DNA of 64,000 nucleotides from an uncultured Rickettsiales bacterium (GTDB lineage Bacteria; Pseudomonadota; Alphaproteobacteria; Rickettsiales; UBA8987): NCBI GenBank assembly GCA_964445765.1, contig CAYULD010000004.1, positions 83,296 to 147,295 of the forward strand, read 5' to 3'. Shown piece by piece: positions 8,890 to 18,064 of this stretch (position 1 is its first letter; each line of letters starts with the position of its first letter). The notes under the pieces were generated by a model. It saw only the letters and a program-made list of their open reading frames with translations, ran no database searches and was not told where the DNA came from. The position numbers and the translations under genes were made by a program.

Positions 8890-9988
8890 CACCAGTTGTT
8901 GATGCAAAAGTTATAGGCTTATTAATCAAATTTCTAACGGCTAAAAATGCAAAGCCTTGTGATTCTATAAAATCTGTATCTAAATTTGGGTTCACGATTG
9001 AGATTGGCTCAACTTTTGTGTGGCTTAATATTTCAGATAATCTTTTTAAGAAGTAAAAATTCTTTGCACCACCACCGCAAAAGAATAAATATTTGGGTGA
9101 TTTTGGTAATAATTTTATTGCCTCTAAAACTGATTGCACAGTTATTTCAGCAATTGTTGCAACTTTATTGAAAAATATATCATCATTAAATTTATCAATT
9201 ATAGAAAAAACTTTGTTCTTAAATTCATTTCTATCTAAAGATTTTGGATAAGGTTTTTTGAAAAATTCATCTTGTAAAACCTCATTTATAACCTCAAAAT
9301 TTGGCGTTCCTTGCAGGGCAAATCTTCCACCTTCATCATATTGAAACCTGCCTTCTGATCTCAAAAAATCATCAATTAGGGCGTTGCCAGTTCCGGTATC
9401 AAATGCGATAAGATTTTCATTATCAATATAAGTTATATTTGAAACACCGCCCACATTTAGCACAATGGCTGGGTAATATTCTTCTGCAATTATTGCCTTA
9501 TGATAAATTGGAATAACCGGTGCACCCTGACCACCACAAGCAACATCATTTGCCCTAAAATTATATACAACATTGATGCCAGTTTTTTTGGCGAGTAAAT
9601 TACCATCACCAATTTGCCAAGTGAATTTTCTTTGGGGTTGGTGATCAATCGTTTGCCCGTGAAAGCCTATAATTTCAGGCGTTTTTTCATCATTACTTAG
9701 TTTGCTCAAAAGCTCATTAACCGCAATTATATGTTGCATTGTTATTTCAAATTCAACTTCATTGATGAAGGTTAAATTGGCTTTATCCTTTAAGTTATAT
9801 AATGTGTGTATTTTTGATTTAAGCTCATATTCGTAAGGCAAATAGTGGTTTTTGCCAAAAGATAAAATTTTTTCACCATCAGTTTCTATAATAGATGCAT
9901 CAATGCCATCAGCGGAAGTGCCACTCATAAGCCCAATTGCAGTATATTTTTTAGTTGAATAAATCACTGTGGCTTCCTGTATCTTCAA
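8846..9988 (-). CDS. anmK: Anhydro-N-acetylmuramic acid kinase
   Basis: GLMSGTSADGIDA is the N-terminal motif, and the length (380 aa) and overall pattern are typical of AnmK. Confidence 0.9.
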   Translation of the reverse strand: MKIQEATVIYSTKKYTAIGLMSGTSADGIDASIIETDGEKILSFGKNHYLPYEYELKSKIHTLYNLKDKANLTFINEVEFEITMQHIIAVNELLSKLSNDEKTPEIIGFHGQTIDHQPQRKFTWQIGDGNLLAKKTGINVVYNFRANDVACGGQGAPVIPIYHKAIIAEEYYPAIVLNVGGVSNITYIDNENLIAFDTGTGNALIDDFLRSEGRFQYDEGGRFALQGTPNFEVINEVLQDEFFKKPYPKSLDRNEFKNKVFSIIDKFNDDIFFNKVATIAEITVQSVLEAIKLLPKSPKYLFFCGGGAKNFYFLKRLSEILSHTKVEPISIVNPNLDTDFIESQGFAFLAVRNLINKPITFASTTGVKMSSATGGVFCPA

Positions 9989-10172
9989 TTTTATAAATTA
10001 AAAGCTAATCTGGCTCAATATGCAACTCTCTAACCCCGAAGGCGATACATTATAGTAAATAAGCTATTTAAGTAGTTACAAACACACTATTCCTCCCCCC
10101 GCAAGCAGGGGGAGAACTAAAGCGTAAAATTAACTTGTTAGCATCCATAATGTAGCCCTATCTAAAAACTGT

Positions 10173-10376
10173 TATAGTATTTTCAAAAATTTAATGACGC
10201 TAAATCCCCTCTCCCCTTTTATAAGGGGAGAGGGTTAGGGTGAGGGGATCGGAATAATTAAAACTAAAAAACCCTCACCCAGCTTAATCTAACTTTCTTT
10301 GAAAGTAAGATTAAGCATCCCTCTCCCTTTTACAAAGGGCGAGGGGAAATCTTATTAAAATTTTTGAAATACTATA
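10173..10376. repeat. ~200-bp nested-palindrome element, GC-rich inside, bounded by ~21-bp inverted repeats
   Basis: Left end TATAGTATTTTCAAAAATTTAA (10173-10194) pairs with right end TTAAAATTTTTGAAATACTATA (10355-10376). Internal hairpins are CCCTCTCCCC/GGGGAGAGGG (10207-10234), GGGTGAGGG/CCCTCACCC (10238-10280), GCTTAATCTAACTTTC/GAAAGTAAGATTAAGC (10282-10316) and CCCTCTCCCTT/AAGGGCGAGGG (~10318-10345). Confidence 0.8.
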
Positions 10377-10491
10377 ATTACCTATTAATTTATGCTCTTT
10401 ATGTTTATTACACTCTAACAAATGAACAATTTCTTATAATTTTTCAATTTTTTAGCCTCTATTAGAAAAATTACACAAAAAAATCAAATAA

Positions 10492-10857
10492 CTACATCAT
10501 ACATAGTTTATTAACAGCATTTTGCAGAACTTCAGGCTGAAAGGGTTTGATTATCCAGCCAGAAGCTCCGGCTTCTTTTCCTTGTGTTTTTATATCTGAA
10601 TTACCTTCAGTAGATATAACTAATATTGGCGTGAATTGAGAATTTCTTTGTTTTCTAAGCTCTTTTATTAATGTTATGCCATCCATATTCGGCATATTTA
10701 TATCAGTTACTATAATATCAACAACTTGTTCACCCAATATTTTTATAGCCTTAACGCCATCTTGTGCGGTAATACACTCAAAGCCCATTCCATCAAGTGT
10801 TGATTTTATTATCGCCCTTACAGTTGGTGAATCATCAACAATTAAAGCTCTTTTCAT
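10492..10857 (-). CDS. Single-domain CheY-like response-regulator receiver
   Basis: The acidic pocket DD (LIVDDSP), the phospho-acceptor context IIVTDINMPNMDG, the conserved T (VISTEG) and the conserved K (IIKPF) are all present. Confidence 0.85.
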   Translation of the reverse strand: MKRALIVDDSPTVRAIIKSTLDGMGFECITAQDGVKAIKILGEQVVDIIVTDINMPNMDGITLIKELRKQRNSQFTPILVISTEGNSDIKTQGKEAGASGWIIKPFQPEVLQNAVNKLCMM

Positions 10858-10905
10858 AGAAATTAAATTTAAGTTTATATAGCAATAGAATTACAGAAAA
10901 TAAAA

Positions 10906-12756
10906 TTATTTTAATATCTCTGGTGTTAAAGATGATAAGCCGTGCTCAGTTTTATTCCAGTGGTGTGGCTTTCTAACAAGTTCAATTATAGCAAAGTAAG
11001 AGGCTATGCAATGTAATGCCCAATAAAATGGAAAATATAAACAAGATAATAAATCTCCCCACCATTTATTTTTTATAACAATAAATATGCTTAGAAAGAA
11101 ATGAAAAGCTAAACCAAAATATAAATTAAATAAGCAGAAATTTAATAATAATTCTGGCAAGCCATCACTAAAACTTAATGAAATTAATGATGTTAAAATT
11201 GTAAATGGAATTAATAGATAAACAAAAAAGGGTGCAGCAATAAAATAAAAAAGCCCTGCAATACCTTTATAGCCAATATTTTTTTGTAAGATTTTATAAT
11301 TTTTAATATTTACTAAAAATGTTTGCAGATGACCTTTTAGCCATCTTGTTCTTTGTTTTATCCAATTATTAATTGAAATTGGCGCTTCTTCATAAGTGGT
11401 GCTGTTTATAAGTTCAGTTCTCATTCCAGAAACTGCAATTCTAACGCCTAAATCAGCATCTTCAGTTACATTATAGGCATCCCAAGCATATAGAGCTTTT
11501 AAGGTGTTTTTTGGAAAGTGGTTGCTTGTTCCGCCTAAAGGAATTGGAAGCCCAAGTGTTCTAAGACCATATAATAAATATTCAAACCAAGTTGCATATT
11601 CTATAGAAAATAGAGATGATAACAAATTTTCATCTTTATTATAAAAATTAAGCCTTGCTTGAATTGAGGCTAGTTTAGAATCACCTTTTTCAAAATGCAT
11701 TAAGGCCTTTTTAAGCTGATTTGCATCTGGTTGATCTTCCGCGTCATAGATAGTTACAAACTCACCTTTGCAATATTTTAGTGCATAGTTGCAGGCTTTT
11801 GGTTTGGTTTTAGGCAAGGAATGCGGAACTCTAATAATCTGAAAATTTGCCGTTGGCTTTAGAGATTTAATAATATCTATAGTTTCAGTATCATCAATTT
11901 CTACGATGAGTTTTACATCAAGTTTTTCTTGGGGATAATCTAGCTTTTTTATACCTTTTATAAGCTGATTTATAGTGCCTTCCTTCTCCCTAAATAATGG
12001 CACTAAAATTGAATATAGGGGGAAAAAATCAGTATTTTTTTTGTATGAACGAAATTCATTTTCTTCATTTTCTGTGTAAATTTTCTCAAAATTATAACCC
12101 TTATATAAAAAATAAAATTTTGAAAAAATTACACTTAAGAAAAATAAATTTACTGCAAAAATAAAACCATAAAAGAAAATTTTATATTGTAATAAAAATA
12201 TAAATAAACCAAGAGCTATTAAAGATATAACGCCACTTAGACCACTAAAAAAACTTTTCTTACTAGAAAAATTCGGCATATTTTTGCTAACCATTTCTGA
12301 GGCTTCAAGGCTATCTTTTTGTGAAAATCTTTTTTGTAATGTCCATAAAATATCATAAGGGGAGGTTATAAAAATATCGCAATCACCATATTTTTCTCTT
12401 AAATATTCATCTTTTTTTTCATCAACATCTGATGTAGCAATCATCAACCTGCCATCTGCCTGATCAAACGGAATATATTGCCTTTCAATATATTCATTTT
12501 GAAATTCTTCTTCTAAAAGCTCAAAATTTATAGAATATTTATCTAAATCTATAAAAGGGAGTTTTTTTAAGTCTGCTAACTCTTTATAAAACTTAAAAGC
12601 GGAAAGTTTGCCATCTGCTAATAGGATTTCCCCAAGTTTTGCCTTAGTTTTAAGTTGTCTTTCTAGGGCTTCAAGAATATCTTTTTCCTTAACTTGCCCT
12701 TTTTCAATAAGGTGTTCACCAATTTTTTTAGGTGTATTTGAATTTCTATTTTGCAT
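10906..12756 (-). CDS. Membrane-bound processive family-2 glycosyltransferase with an N-terminal T2SSE_N/MshEN domain
   Basis: The N-terminus KIGEHLIEKGQVKEKDILEALERQ...KLGEILLADGKLSAFKFYKEL...LPFIDL fits the tandem MshEN c-di-GMP-binding motif. The GT2 core carries DAED, TED (VTEDADLG) and QRTRW (QxxRW). Multiple TM segments flank the catalytic domain. Confidence 0.85.
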   Translation of the reverse strand: MQNRNSNTPKKIGEHLIEKGQVKEKDILEALERQLKTKAKLGEILLADGKLSAFKFYKELADLKKLPFIDLDKYSINFELLEEEFQNEYIERQYIPFDQADGRLMIATSDVDEKKDEYLREKYGDCDIFITSPYDILWTLQKRFSQKDSLEASEMVSKNMPNFSSKKSFFSGLSGVISLIALGLFIFLLQYKIFFYGFIFAVNLFFLSVIFSKFYFLYKGYNFEKIYTENEENEFRSYKKNTDFFPLYSILVPLFREKEGTINQLIKGIKKLDYPQEKLDVKLIVEIDDTETIDIIKSLKPTANFQIIRVPHSLPKTKPKACNYALKYCKGEFVTIYDAEDQPDANQLKKALMHFEKGDSKLASIQARLNFYNKDENLLSSLFSIEYATWFEYLLYGLRTLGLPIPLGGTSNHFPKNTLKALYAWDAYNVTEDADLGVRIAVSGMRTELINSTTYEEAPISINNWIKQRTRWLKGHLQTFLVNIKNYKILQKNIGYKGIAGLFYFIAAPFFVYLLIPFTILTSLISLSFSDGLPELLLNFCLFNLYFGLAFHFFLSIFIVIKNKWWGDLLSCLYFPFYWALHCIASYFAIIELVRKPHHWNKTEHGLSSLTPEILK

Positions 12757-12814
12757 TATTTATGTAAAAAGTAAGAAATAATTTCTTAACAAAATATCAA
12801 AATAAATAATTAAT

Positions 12815-13648
12815 TCAAAAACTTTTACGAATTGAAAATATTATCATATCACTTTTGCCAACATTTTTACCGGCAATATCTCTTAAAACGCCAAGTGATA
12901 CAAAGCTTTCGCCAAATTTTCTTATAAGGTTAATTTCATTTCTAGTAACATCAAAGCCATATCTAGCGGTGTTGGTAAATTGTGCGTAATCACTAAGTGA
13001 TTTAGTATAAGAAAAGCCTAATTCCACTTGAAAATTCTCGCCATAGTTAAAGCCTATTTTTGAGGTGCTAATTGATTGCACGCCAGCTCTTTCATCTTCA
13101 AAATCTAAGCCATCATAAGGCCGATTTCTAAGCATTGTATCAAGGTTTAGAAAGTAAAAACTTCCGCCAAGCCCATATGAAATTTTACCAGATGTAAAAA
13201 AATCTTTTTTACCAAATTCAGGGCTTTCTCTAGTTGAATAAAACCCCGGAAGCTCAAAGCCAAATTCACTAGAAATTATATGATTATTATATCTTAATAG
13301 GTTAAATCTTGCAAAAAACTCAGTAAAAACCAAGCCATAATTGCTATCAGTAAAATCATCAAGAAAGTTTTTAGCTTGCACCATTTGTAAAGAAGGCGAA
13401 AGCCCAAGTGTTATATCATCAGTAAAACCATATTCTAAATAGGGTTTATATTCATATTTTAGAAAGTCAGATTGCCTTTGCTTATTGCCACTTTTATCAT
13501 AAAATTGGGTGATTTTATTATAGAAAAATGAATGGATTAATTGGGTTTTACCTTCCTGCATATTCCAAGCGGCAGAAAAAGAGGTTTTTGGAGCAAAAAA
13601 TATTAGTAAAATAATTGCGAAATTTAGAATGTAAGATTTGTAAGCCAC
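12815..13648 (-). CDS. Putative outer-membrane beta-barrel protein (277 aa)
   Basis: It has a signal-peptide-like N-terminus (ILNFAIILLIFFAPKTSFSAA) and alternating aromatic/polar strands. The C-terminus ends in F (SIRKSF), as in OMP barrels. GTG start. It lies immediately upstream of the GT2 gene on the same strand. Confidence 0.6.
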   Translation of the reverse strand: MAYKSYILNFAIILLIFFAPKTSFSAAWNMQEGKTQLIHSFFYNKITQFYDKSGNKQRQSDFLKYEYKPYLEYGFTDDITLGLSPSLQMVQAKNFLDDFTDSNYGLVFTEFFARFNLLRYNNHIISSEFGFELPGFYSTRESPEFGKKDFFTSGKISYGLGGSFYFLNLDTMLRNRPYDGLDFEDERAGVQSISTSKIGFNYGENFQVELGFSYTKSLSDYAQFTNTARYGFDVTRNEINLIRKFGESFVSLGVLRDIAGKNVGKSDMIIFSIRKSF

Positions 13649-13671
13649 CAGCTCTAAGGGCTGAATAAAAA

Positions 13672-14166
13672 TTAATGGAGGGTAACTTTTGCAAGTTTTA
13701 GGGAAGATTCTTCAGCAAGCCTTGCGGAATCTGCATCACCAACATTTTCTTCAATGATAGTTTGTGCAGTAAGAATAGTTAACGCAGAAACATTCTTTTT
13801 TATTTCTGAAAGGCTAGTTTCCTCAAGGCTTTTAATTTTTGAAACTGCCATATTTTTGCGATTTTCAATATCTTTTTCTAATTTAATTTTAGTGCGAGAT
13901 AAAATATCTTCCGCTTGAGATTTTGCGAATGCTATAATTTGGCTGGCTTCATTTTCACTTTGAGCTAATTTTAATTGTGCTTCTGCTAGAATTTTTTCGG
14001 CTTCACTTCTTAATCTATTAGCATCATCAAGGGCTTTTTTAATATCTGAAATTTTATTATCAACGCCACTAAAAAAGGCGTTCTTCATAGGCTTGAAAGC
14101 CATTGCGAAAAAGCTAATAGTTGCTATTGCTACCCAGAAAGTTGGGTCAGTAAAAATCTTAGACAT
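13672..14166 (-). CDS. atpF: F0F1 ATP synthase subunit b
   Basis: One N-terminal TM helix followed by a long A/E/K-rich helix. It is the last gene of the atpI-B-E-F'-F cluster. Confidence 0.85.
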   Translation of the reverse strand: MSKIFTDPTFWVAIATISFFAMAFKPMKNAFFSGVDNKISDIKKALDDANRLRSEAEKILAEAQLKLAQSENEASQIIAFAKSQAEDILSRTKIKLEKDIENRKNMAVSKIKSLEETSLSEIKKNVSALTILTAQTIIEENVGDADSARLAEESSLKLAKVTLH

Positions 14167-14173
14167 AAAAACC

Positions 14174-14656
14174 TCAATTTTTAACAGAAAGTGCTTTTTC
14201 TATAAGTTGCTTTTCAATTTTTAAACCTGCAAATTTAACTAAAATATCTTCTACAAAAATTGCAGATTCTTTTTGAAGTTCTTCCAATGCAAGCTCTTTA
14301 GCTTTGATAATTTCTTTTTCCGAAATCTCTAAATTTTTGAGAAGATCTTGCTCAGCCTTACTTAACTCGTTGCTGTATAAATTATTAGCTTCACTTGTTG
14401 CTTTTGAAACCATTTCAAACGCTTCAAGCCTAGATTTACTAATTTTTTTATCAATAATTTCAAAAAAGTTTTTAGCCTCATCTTTAGCTTTAGAAGCAGT
14501 TAAAATATCGCTATTGATAAGGTTTTCTCTGCCATCTACAATGCCAGAAATTTTTGGTGATACAATTTTTAATATAAAGAAATATATTAAACCAAAAAAA
14601 GCAAAAAGCCAAAATATCTGCGATGTAAAACTATCAATTTGCTCAAGCTGAGGCAT
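14174..14656 (-). CDS. atpF2: F0F1 ATP synthase subunit b'
   Basis: MPQLEQ...FWLFAFFGLIYFFILK is an N-terminal TM helix followed by a coiled coil. Its position directly after atpE is typical of alphaproteobacterial b'. Confidence 0.8.
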   Translation of the reverse strand: MPQLEQIDSFTSQIFWLFAFFGLIYFFILKIVSPKISGIVDGRENLINSDILTASKAKDEAKNFFEIIDKKISKSRLEAFEMVSKATSEANNLYSNELSKAEQDLLKNLEISEKEIIKAKELALEELQKESAIFVEDILVKFAGLKIEKQLIEKALSVKN

Positions 14657-14687
14657 AAAACTAAATAATATTTATTAAATTAAAATA

Positions 14688-14936
<249 letters not shown>

Positions 14937-15056
14937 TTAATTAAATAAAATAGATGAGTTTTTGTCATCTTTAATAATGAAAATATTTCACATTATTAAG
15001 GATAACAACTTGCAACTAAGGTTAAAAGCCATTCTTGGCAATATGCACTAAAAAAT

Positions 15057-15794
15057 TTAGTGCATATTTACAGCATCATTCAAATAAATGCAAATAAGAA
15101 TTGAAAAAATAAATGCTTGTATAAAGCCAACTAATAATTCTAAGCCAACCAAAGCGATTGCGAATGTAAATGGTACAACACCTAATATAAAAGTTATTGA
15201 AGCAAGGCTAACAATAAAACCAGCAAATATTTTCATTACGATATGTCCAGCTGTCATAGCTGCTGCAAGCCTTATGCCCAAACTTACAGGGCGAATTAAA
15301 TATGAAATAAGCTCAATAGGCGTAATTAATGGTAACATATAAGCCGGCACCCCCGGTGGAATAAATAAATGAAAATAATGCAGGCCGTGTTTTGCAAAGC
15401 CGATGATATTTACAATTATAAATGCTAAAAGTGCTAATGCGAATGTAACTATAATATGGCTTGTAACCGTGAAGGAGTAAGGCAACATTCCAACTAAATT
15501 ACAACCTAAAACTAATAAGAATATGCTAAATACGAATGGAAAATATTTTTTGCCAGCATCACCAACATTTTCTTTGAGCATATTTGCTATAAAATCATAC
15601 ATAAGCTCAATGGTTGCTTGAAAGCGATTTGGCACAAGAGATGTTTTTCTTAAGCCTAGTGTGAAGAAAGAAAATACAAAGGCAAATACCAATAATAACA
15701 TTAAAGATGAGTTAGTGAAGCTAATATCATAACCTGCAACTTCAAGATTTATAAGGGGTTTAACCCTAAATTGTTCAAGTGGACTATGAGCCAT
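15057..15794 (-). CDS. atpB: F0F1 ATP synthase subunit a
   Basis: It contains the LSLGIRLAAAMTAGH motif with the essential Arg, has a polytopic profile, and begins MAHSPLEQF. Confidence 0.95.
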   Translation of the reverse strand: MAHSPLEQFRVKPLINLEVAGYDISFTNSSLMLLLVFAFVFSFFTLGLRKTSLVPNRFQATIELMYDFIANMLKENVGDAGKKYFPFVFSIFLLVLGCNLVGMLPYSFTVTSHIIVTFALALLAFIIVNIIGFAKHGLHYFHLFIPPGVPAYMLPLITPIELISYLIRPVSLGIRLAAAMTAGHIVMKIFAGFIVSLASITFILGVVPFTFAIALVGLELLVGFIQAFIFSILICIYLNDAVNMH

Positions 15795-15806
15795 AATTAT
15801 AAAATA

Positions 15807-16070
15807 TCAATTTTTTGAGACCTGCTTATAAATATTATAAAATGATCCTGCAAGACCTAAAATTATCAAAACTATCAAAAATAATGGTTTTGTATTAAAA
15901 TAATCATCTAAATGAAATCCAATAAATATTCCGAAGATAAGGCCTGCTATTAATTCCGCAAGAACCCTTTCAGCTTTTAAGGCTTCATTTTTTGTTTTAG
16001 TTTTTGATGTGGAAAAATTTTCTATTTCTTTATCAAGATTATCAATTTTTTCTTTAAGATTTTTTTCCAT
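15807..16070 (-). CDS. atpI: ATP synthase protein I-like (AtpI/AtpZ family)
   Basis: A small two-TM protein immediately upstream of atpB. Confidence 0.7.
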   Translation of the reverse strand: MEKNLKEKIDNLDKEIENFSTSKTKTKNEALKAERVLAELIAGLIFGIFIGFHLDDYFNTKPLFLIVLIILGLAGSFYNIYKQVSKN

Positions 16071-16087
16071 CAGTTTTTTTATAAAAG

Positions 16088-16771
16088 TTATAATTCAAAA
16101 ATTAATGGCATATGATCGCTATAAGCTAGGTATTCATCAGGTTTTCCTATTCGGATAAAACTATTAATATTAATTAATTTATTAGTAACAAAAGCATAAT
16201 CTATGTGATATGGTTTTTGTAAATTTCTATGTAAAAATAATGTAGGTTCTGTTTCTTTTCCAGCCTCTTCTCTCTTTATATGATGATATAAACTGCATAT
16301 TCCTATTTTATCAAATTCTCTTAAAACATCACTATGGTTCCAATATCTACTTTTTTTATCCCAGCACACATTTGAATTAAAATCTCCGCAAATAATAATA
16401 TTTTTTGAAGAGATTAGCTCTTTATTAATTTGTAGGTATTTCCAAAATTGTCCTATATATTTATATTGAAAAGCCCTTTTCGTCCAAACGGCTAATAAAT
16501 TAAAATTTTCATTAAACTTAAAAGGTAGAAAAAGTTGCATTTTTCCGTCATCCCAACTAAGATCTAATAGATTAATTTTTTTTCTTGTAAAAACACCTAG
16601 CCCTTTATTTTTATTATCTCCTTTCCACAAATAACTGAAAAATTGATTTTTGTAATTAAAAGTATCAGGGTTTTCGCATTCTTGAATAATTATAATATCC
16701 GCATCATATTTATCTAAAATTGAAACTTTATTTCTAAAACCTCCATTGCAATTCCATGTGATAAATTTCAT
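16088..16771 (-). CDS. Endonuclease/exonuclease/phosphatase (EEP) family protein
   Basis: MKFITWNCNGGFRNK...ADIIIIQECE is the N-terminal EEP motif, with GDFNS in the middle and SDHMPL at the C-terminus. Confidence 0.8.
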   Translation of the reverse strand: MKFITWNCNGGFRNKVSILDKYDADIIIIQECENPDTFNYKNQFFSYLWKGDNKNKGLGVFTRKKINLLDLSWDDGKMQLFLPFKFNENFNLLAVWTKRAFQYKYIGQFWKYLQINKELISSKNIIICGDFNSNVCWDKKSRYWNHSDVLREFDKIGICSLYHHIKREEAGKETEPTLFLHRNLQKPYHIDYAFVTNKLININSFIRIGKPDEYLAYSDHMPLIFEL

Positions 16772-16807
16772 AAACTAAATTTTGTTAGAAAAATATAGAT
16801 TCTAACT

Positions 16808-17584
16808 TTATTTTCTCTGTGTTTTTTTTACTTTGGATTTTTTAGATTTTGGTTTTTCTGCCAATTTTGCCTCAAGCATTTTTTTGAAATCTTCATAATT
16901 TCTAGAGCCTAAATATCTATTTCCATCAATAAAAATTGTGGGTGTTGATTCAATTTTTAGCCCATCTATTGCTTGTTTTTGCTTTTCTAAAAGTTTTTTT
17001 ATGGCGGTTTCATCATTATAACATTTCTCAAATTGTTCAGATGTTAAGCCGCCAATTTTTGAAATTGTTTTTAGCCTATCAATAAGCCCAGCCTCATTTT
17101 TAGTATAAGCCCATTGGCTTTGCCCCTTAAATAAGGCACCAACAAACGCTGCACGAGATTCACTAGGCACGCAATTTGTTAATAAAGTAGCTTTTACAGC
17201 GTGGCCATTAAGAGGAAAATTTCTGAATTTGTAATAAACTTTGCCATTATCAATAAAATCTTTTTTTAAGTTGTAATAAACTTTATCGTGAAATTCTTTG
17301 CAGTGAACACAAGAAAGTGAGGCATATTCAACAATTTTAATAGGTGCTGATTTTTTACCTACATTTACATCTTCTGGGAAATCTTCAGTAAGAAGGCTTT
17401 TTTTGAAGTTTTCTGATTTTTCAAACTCTTCAATTTTTTTAAGATAATTTTCATAAGCCTTAACTTGCTCAGCAAGTTTTTGTTTGTAATCTGAAGTTGC
17501 CTCTTCAGCTTTTTTTGTTTCTTCTGCAAATACTTCAACACTAAATATTAATAAAAATAATGCTAACAGGGTTTTAATTTTCAT
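16808..17584 (-). CDS. DsbA-family periplasmic thiol:disulfide oxidoreductase
   Basis: It has a signal peptide, the CVHC (CxxC) active site and a thioredoxin-fold pattern. Confidence 0.8.
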   Translation of the reverse strand: MKIKTLLALFLLIFSVEVFAEETKKAEEATSDYKQKLAEQVKAYENYLKKIEEFEKSENFKKSLLTEDFPEDVNVGKKSAPIKIVEYASLSCVHCKEFHDKVYYNLKKDFIDNGKVYYKFRNFPLNGHAVKATLLTNCVPSESRAAFVGALFKGQSQWAYTKNEAGLIDRLKTISKIGGLTSEQFEKCYNDETAIKKLLEKQKQAIDGLKIESTPTIFIDGNRYLGSRNYEDFKKMLEAKLAEKPKSKKSKVKKTQRK

Positions 17585-17629
17585 ATTTATTGATTTTTAT
17601 TTTTTTAAGAAAATTAGCAAAAAATATAT

Positions 17630-17992
17630 TTAATTCAAATTCTTTCTAAAAATAATTTCGTTTATGGCTTGATAGCCAAAATATTTGGTGATTCTCTCAA
17701 TTATTTTATCTTTCATATGGGTTGCTTCTAGCATAAAACTTGGTTTTACCAAAACATATAAAATATTTTTATTATTTTTATTTATAGAAACTTTACTTAA
17801 AGAAATTTTTTCTGATAGCTCTTCACCAAAAATTTTTGCCCAAGATGTTATAAAAATTGCTTCTAATTTATTTTTACCTTTTAAGTGCGGTTTTATAAGC
17901 TCAGAAATTATGGAAGATAAATCATTTTCATAATTTTTCCTCTTATTTTCAAGCCAATCTTGCCTTTTGCTATTTGAAAATTCTTCACTCAT
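17630..17992 (-). CDS. DUF721 (DciA-like) protein
   Basis: W..IFGEEL...L.V.......L.V.V......E......II.RI......AI..I.F resembles the DUF721 pattern. I use the ATG at 17992, because the track start at 18019 lies inside the fusA terminator hairpin. Confidence 0.55.
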   Translation of the reverse strand: MSEEFSNSKRQDWLENKRKNYENDLSSIISELIKPHLKGKNKLEAIFITSWAKIFGEELSEKISLSKVSINKNNKNILYVLVKPSFMLEATHMKDKIIERITKYFGYQAINEIIFRKNLN

Positions 17993-18000
17993 TGAATTAT

Positions 18001-18034
18001 AAAAATAAAAAAGCCCCATAATATATATGGGGCT
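18001..18034 (-). terminator. Rho-independent terminator after fusA
   Basis: On the minus strand the stem AGCCCCA pairs with TGGGGCT (18012-18018 with 18028-18034), followed by TTTTTATTTTT. Confidence 0.75.
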
Positions 18035-18064
18035 AATAATTACAAAAAAACTAGATAAAGTAAA

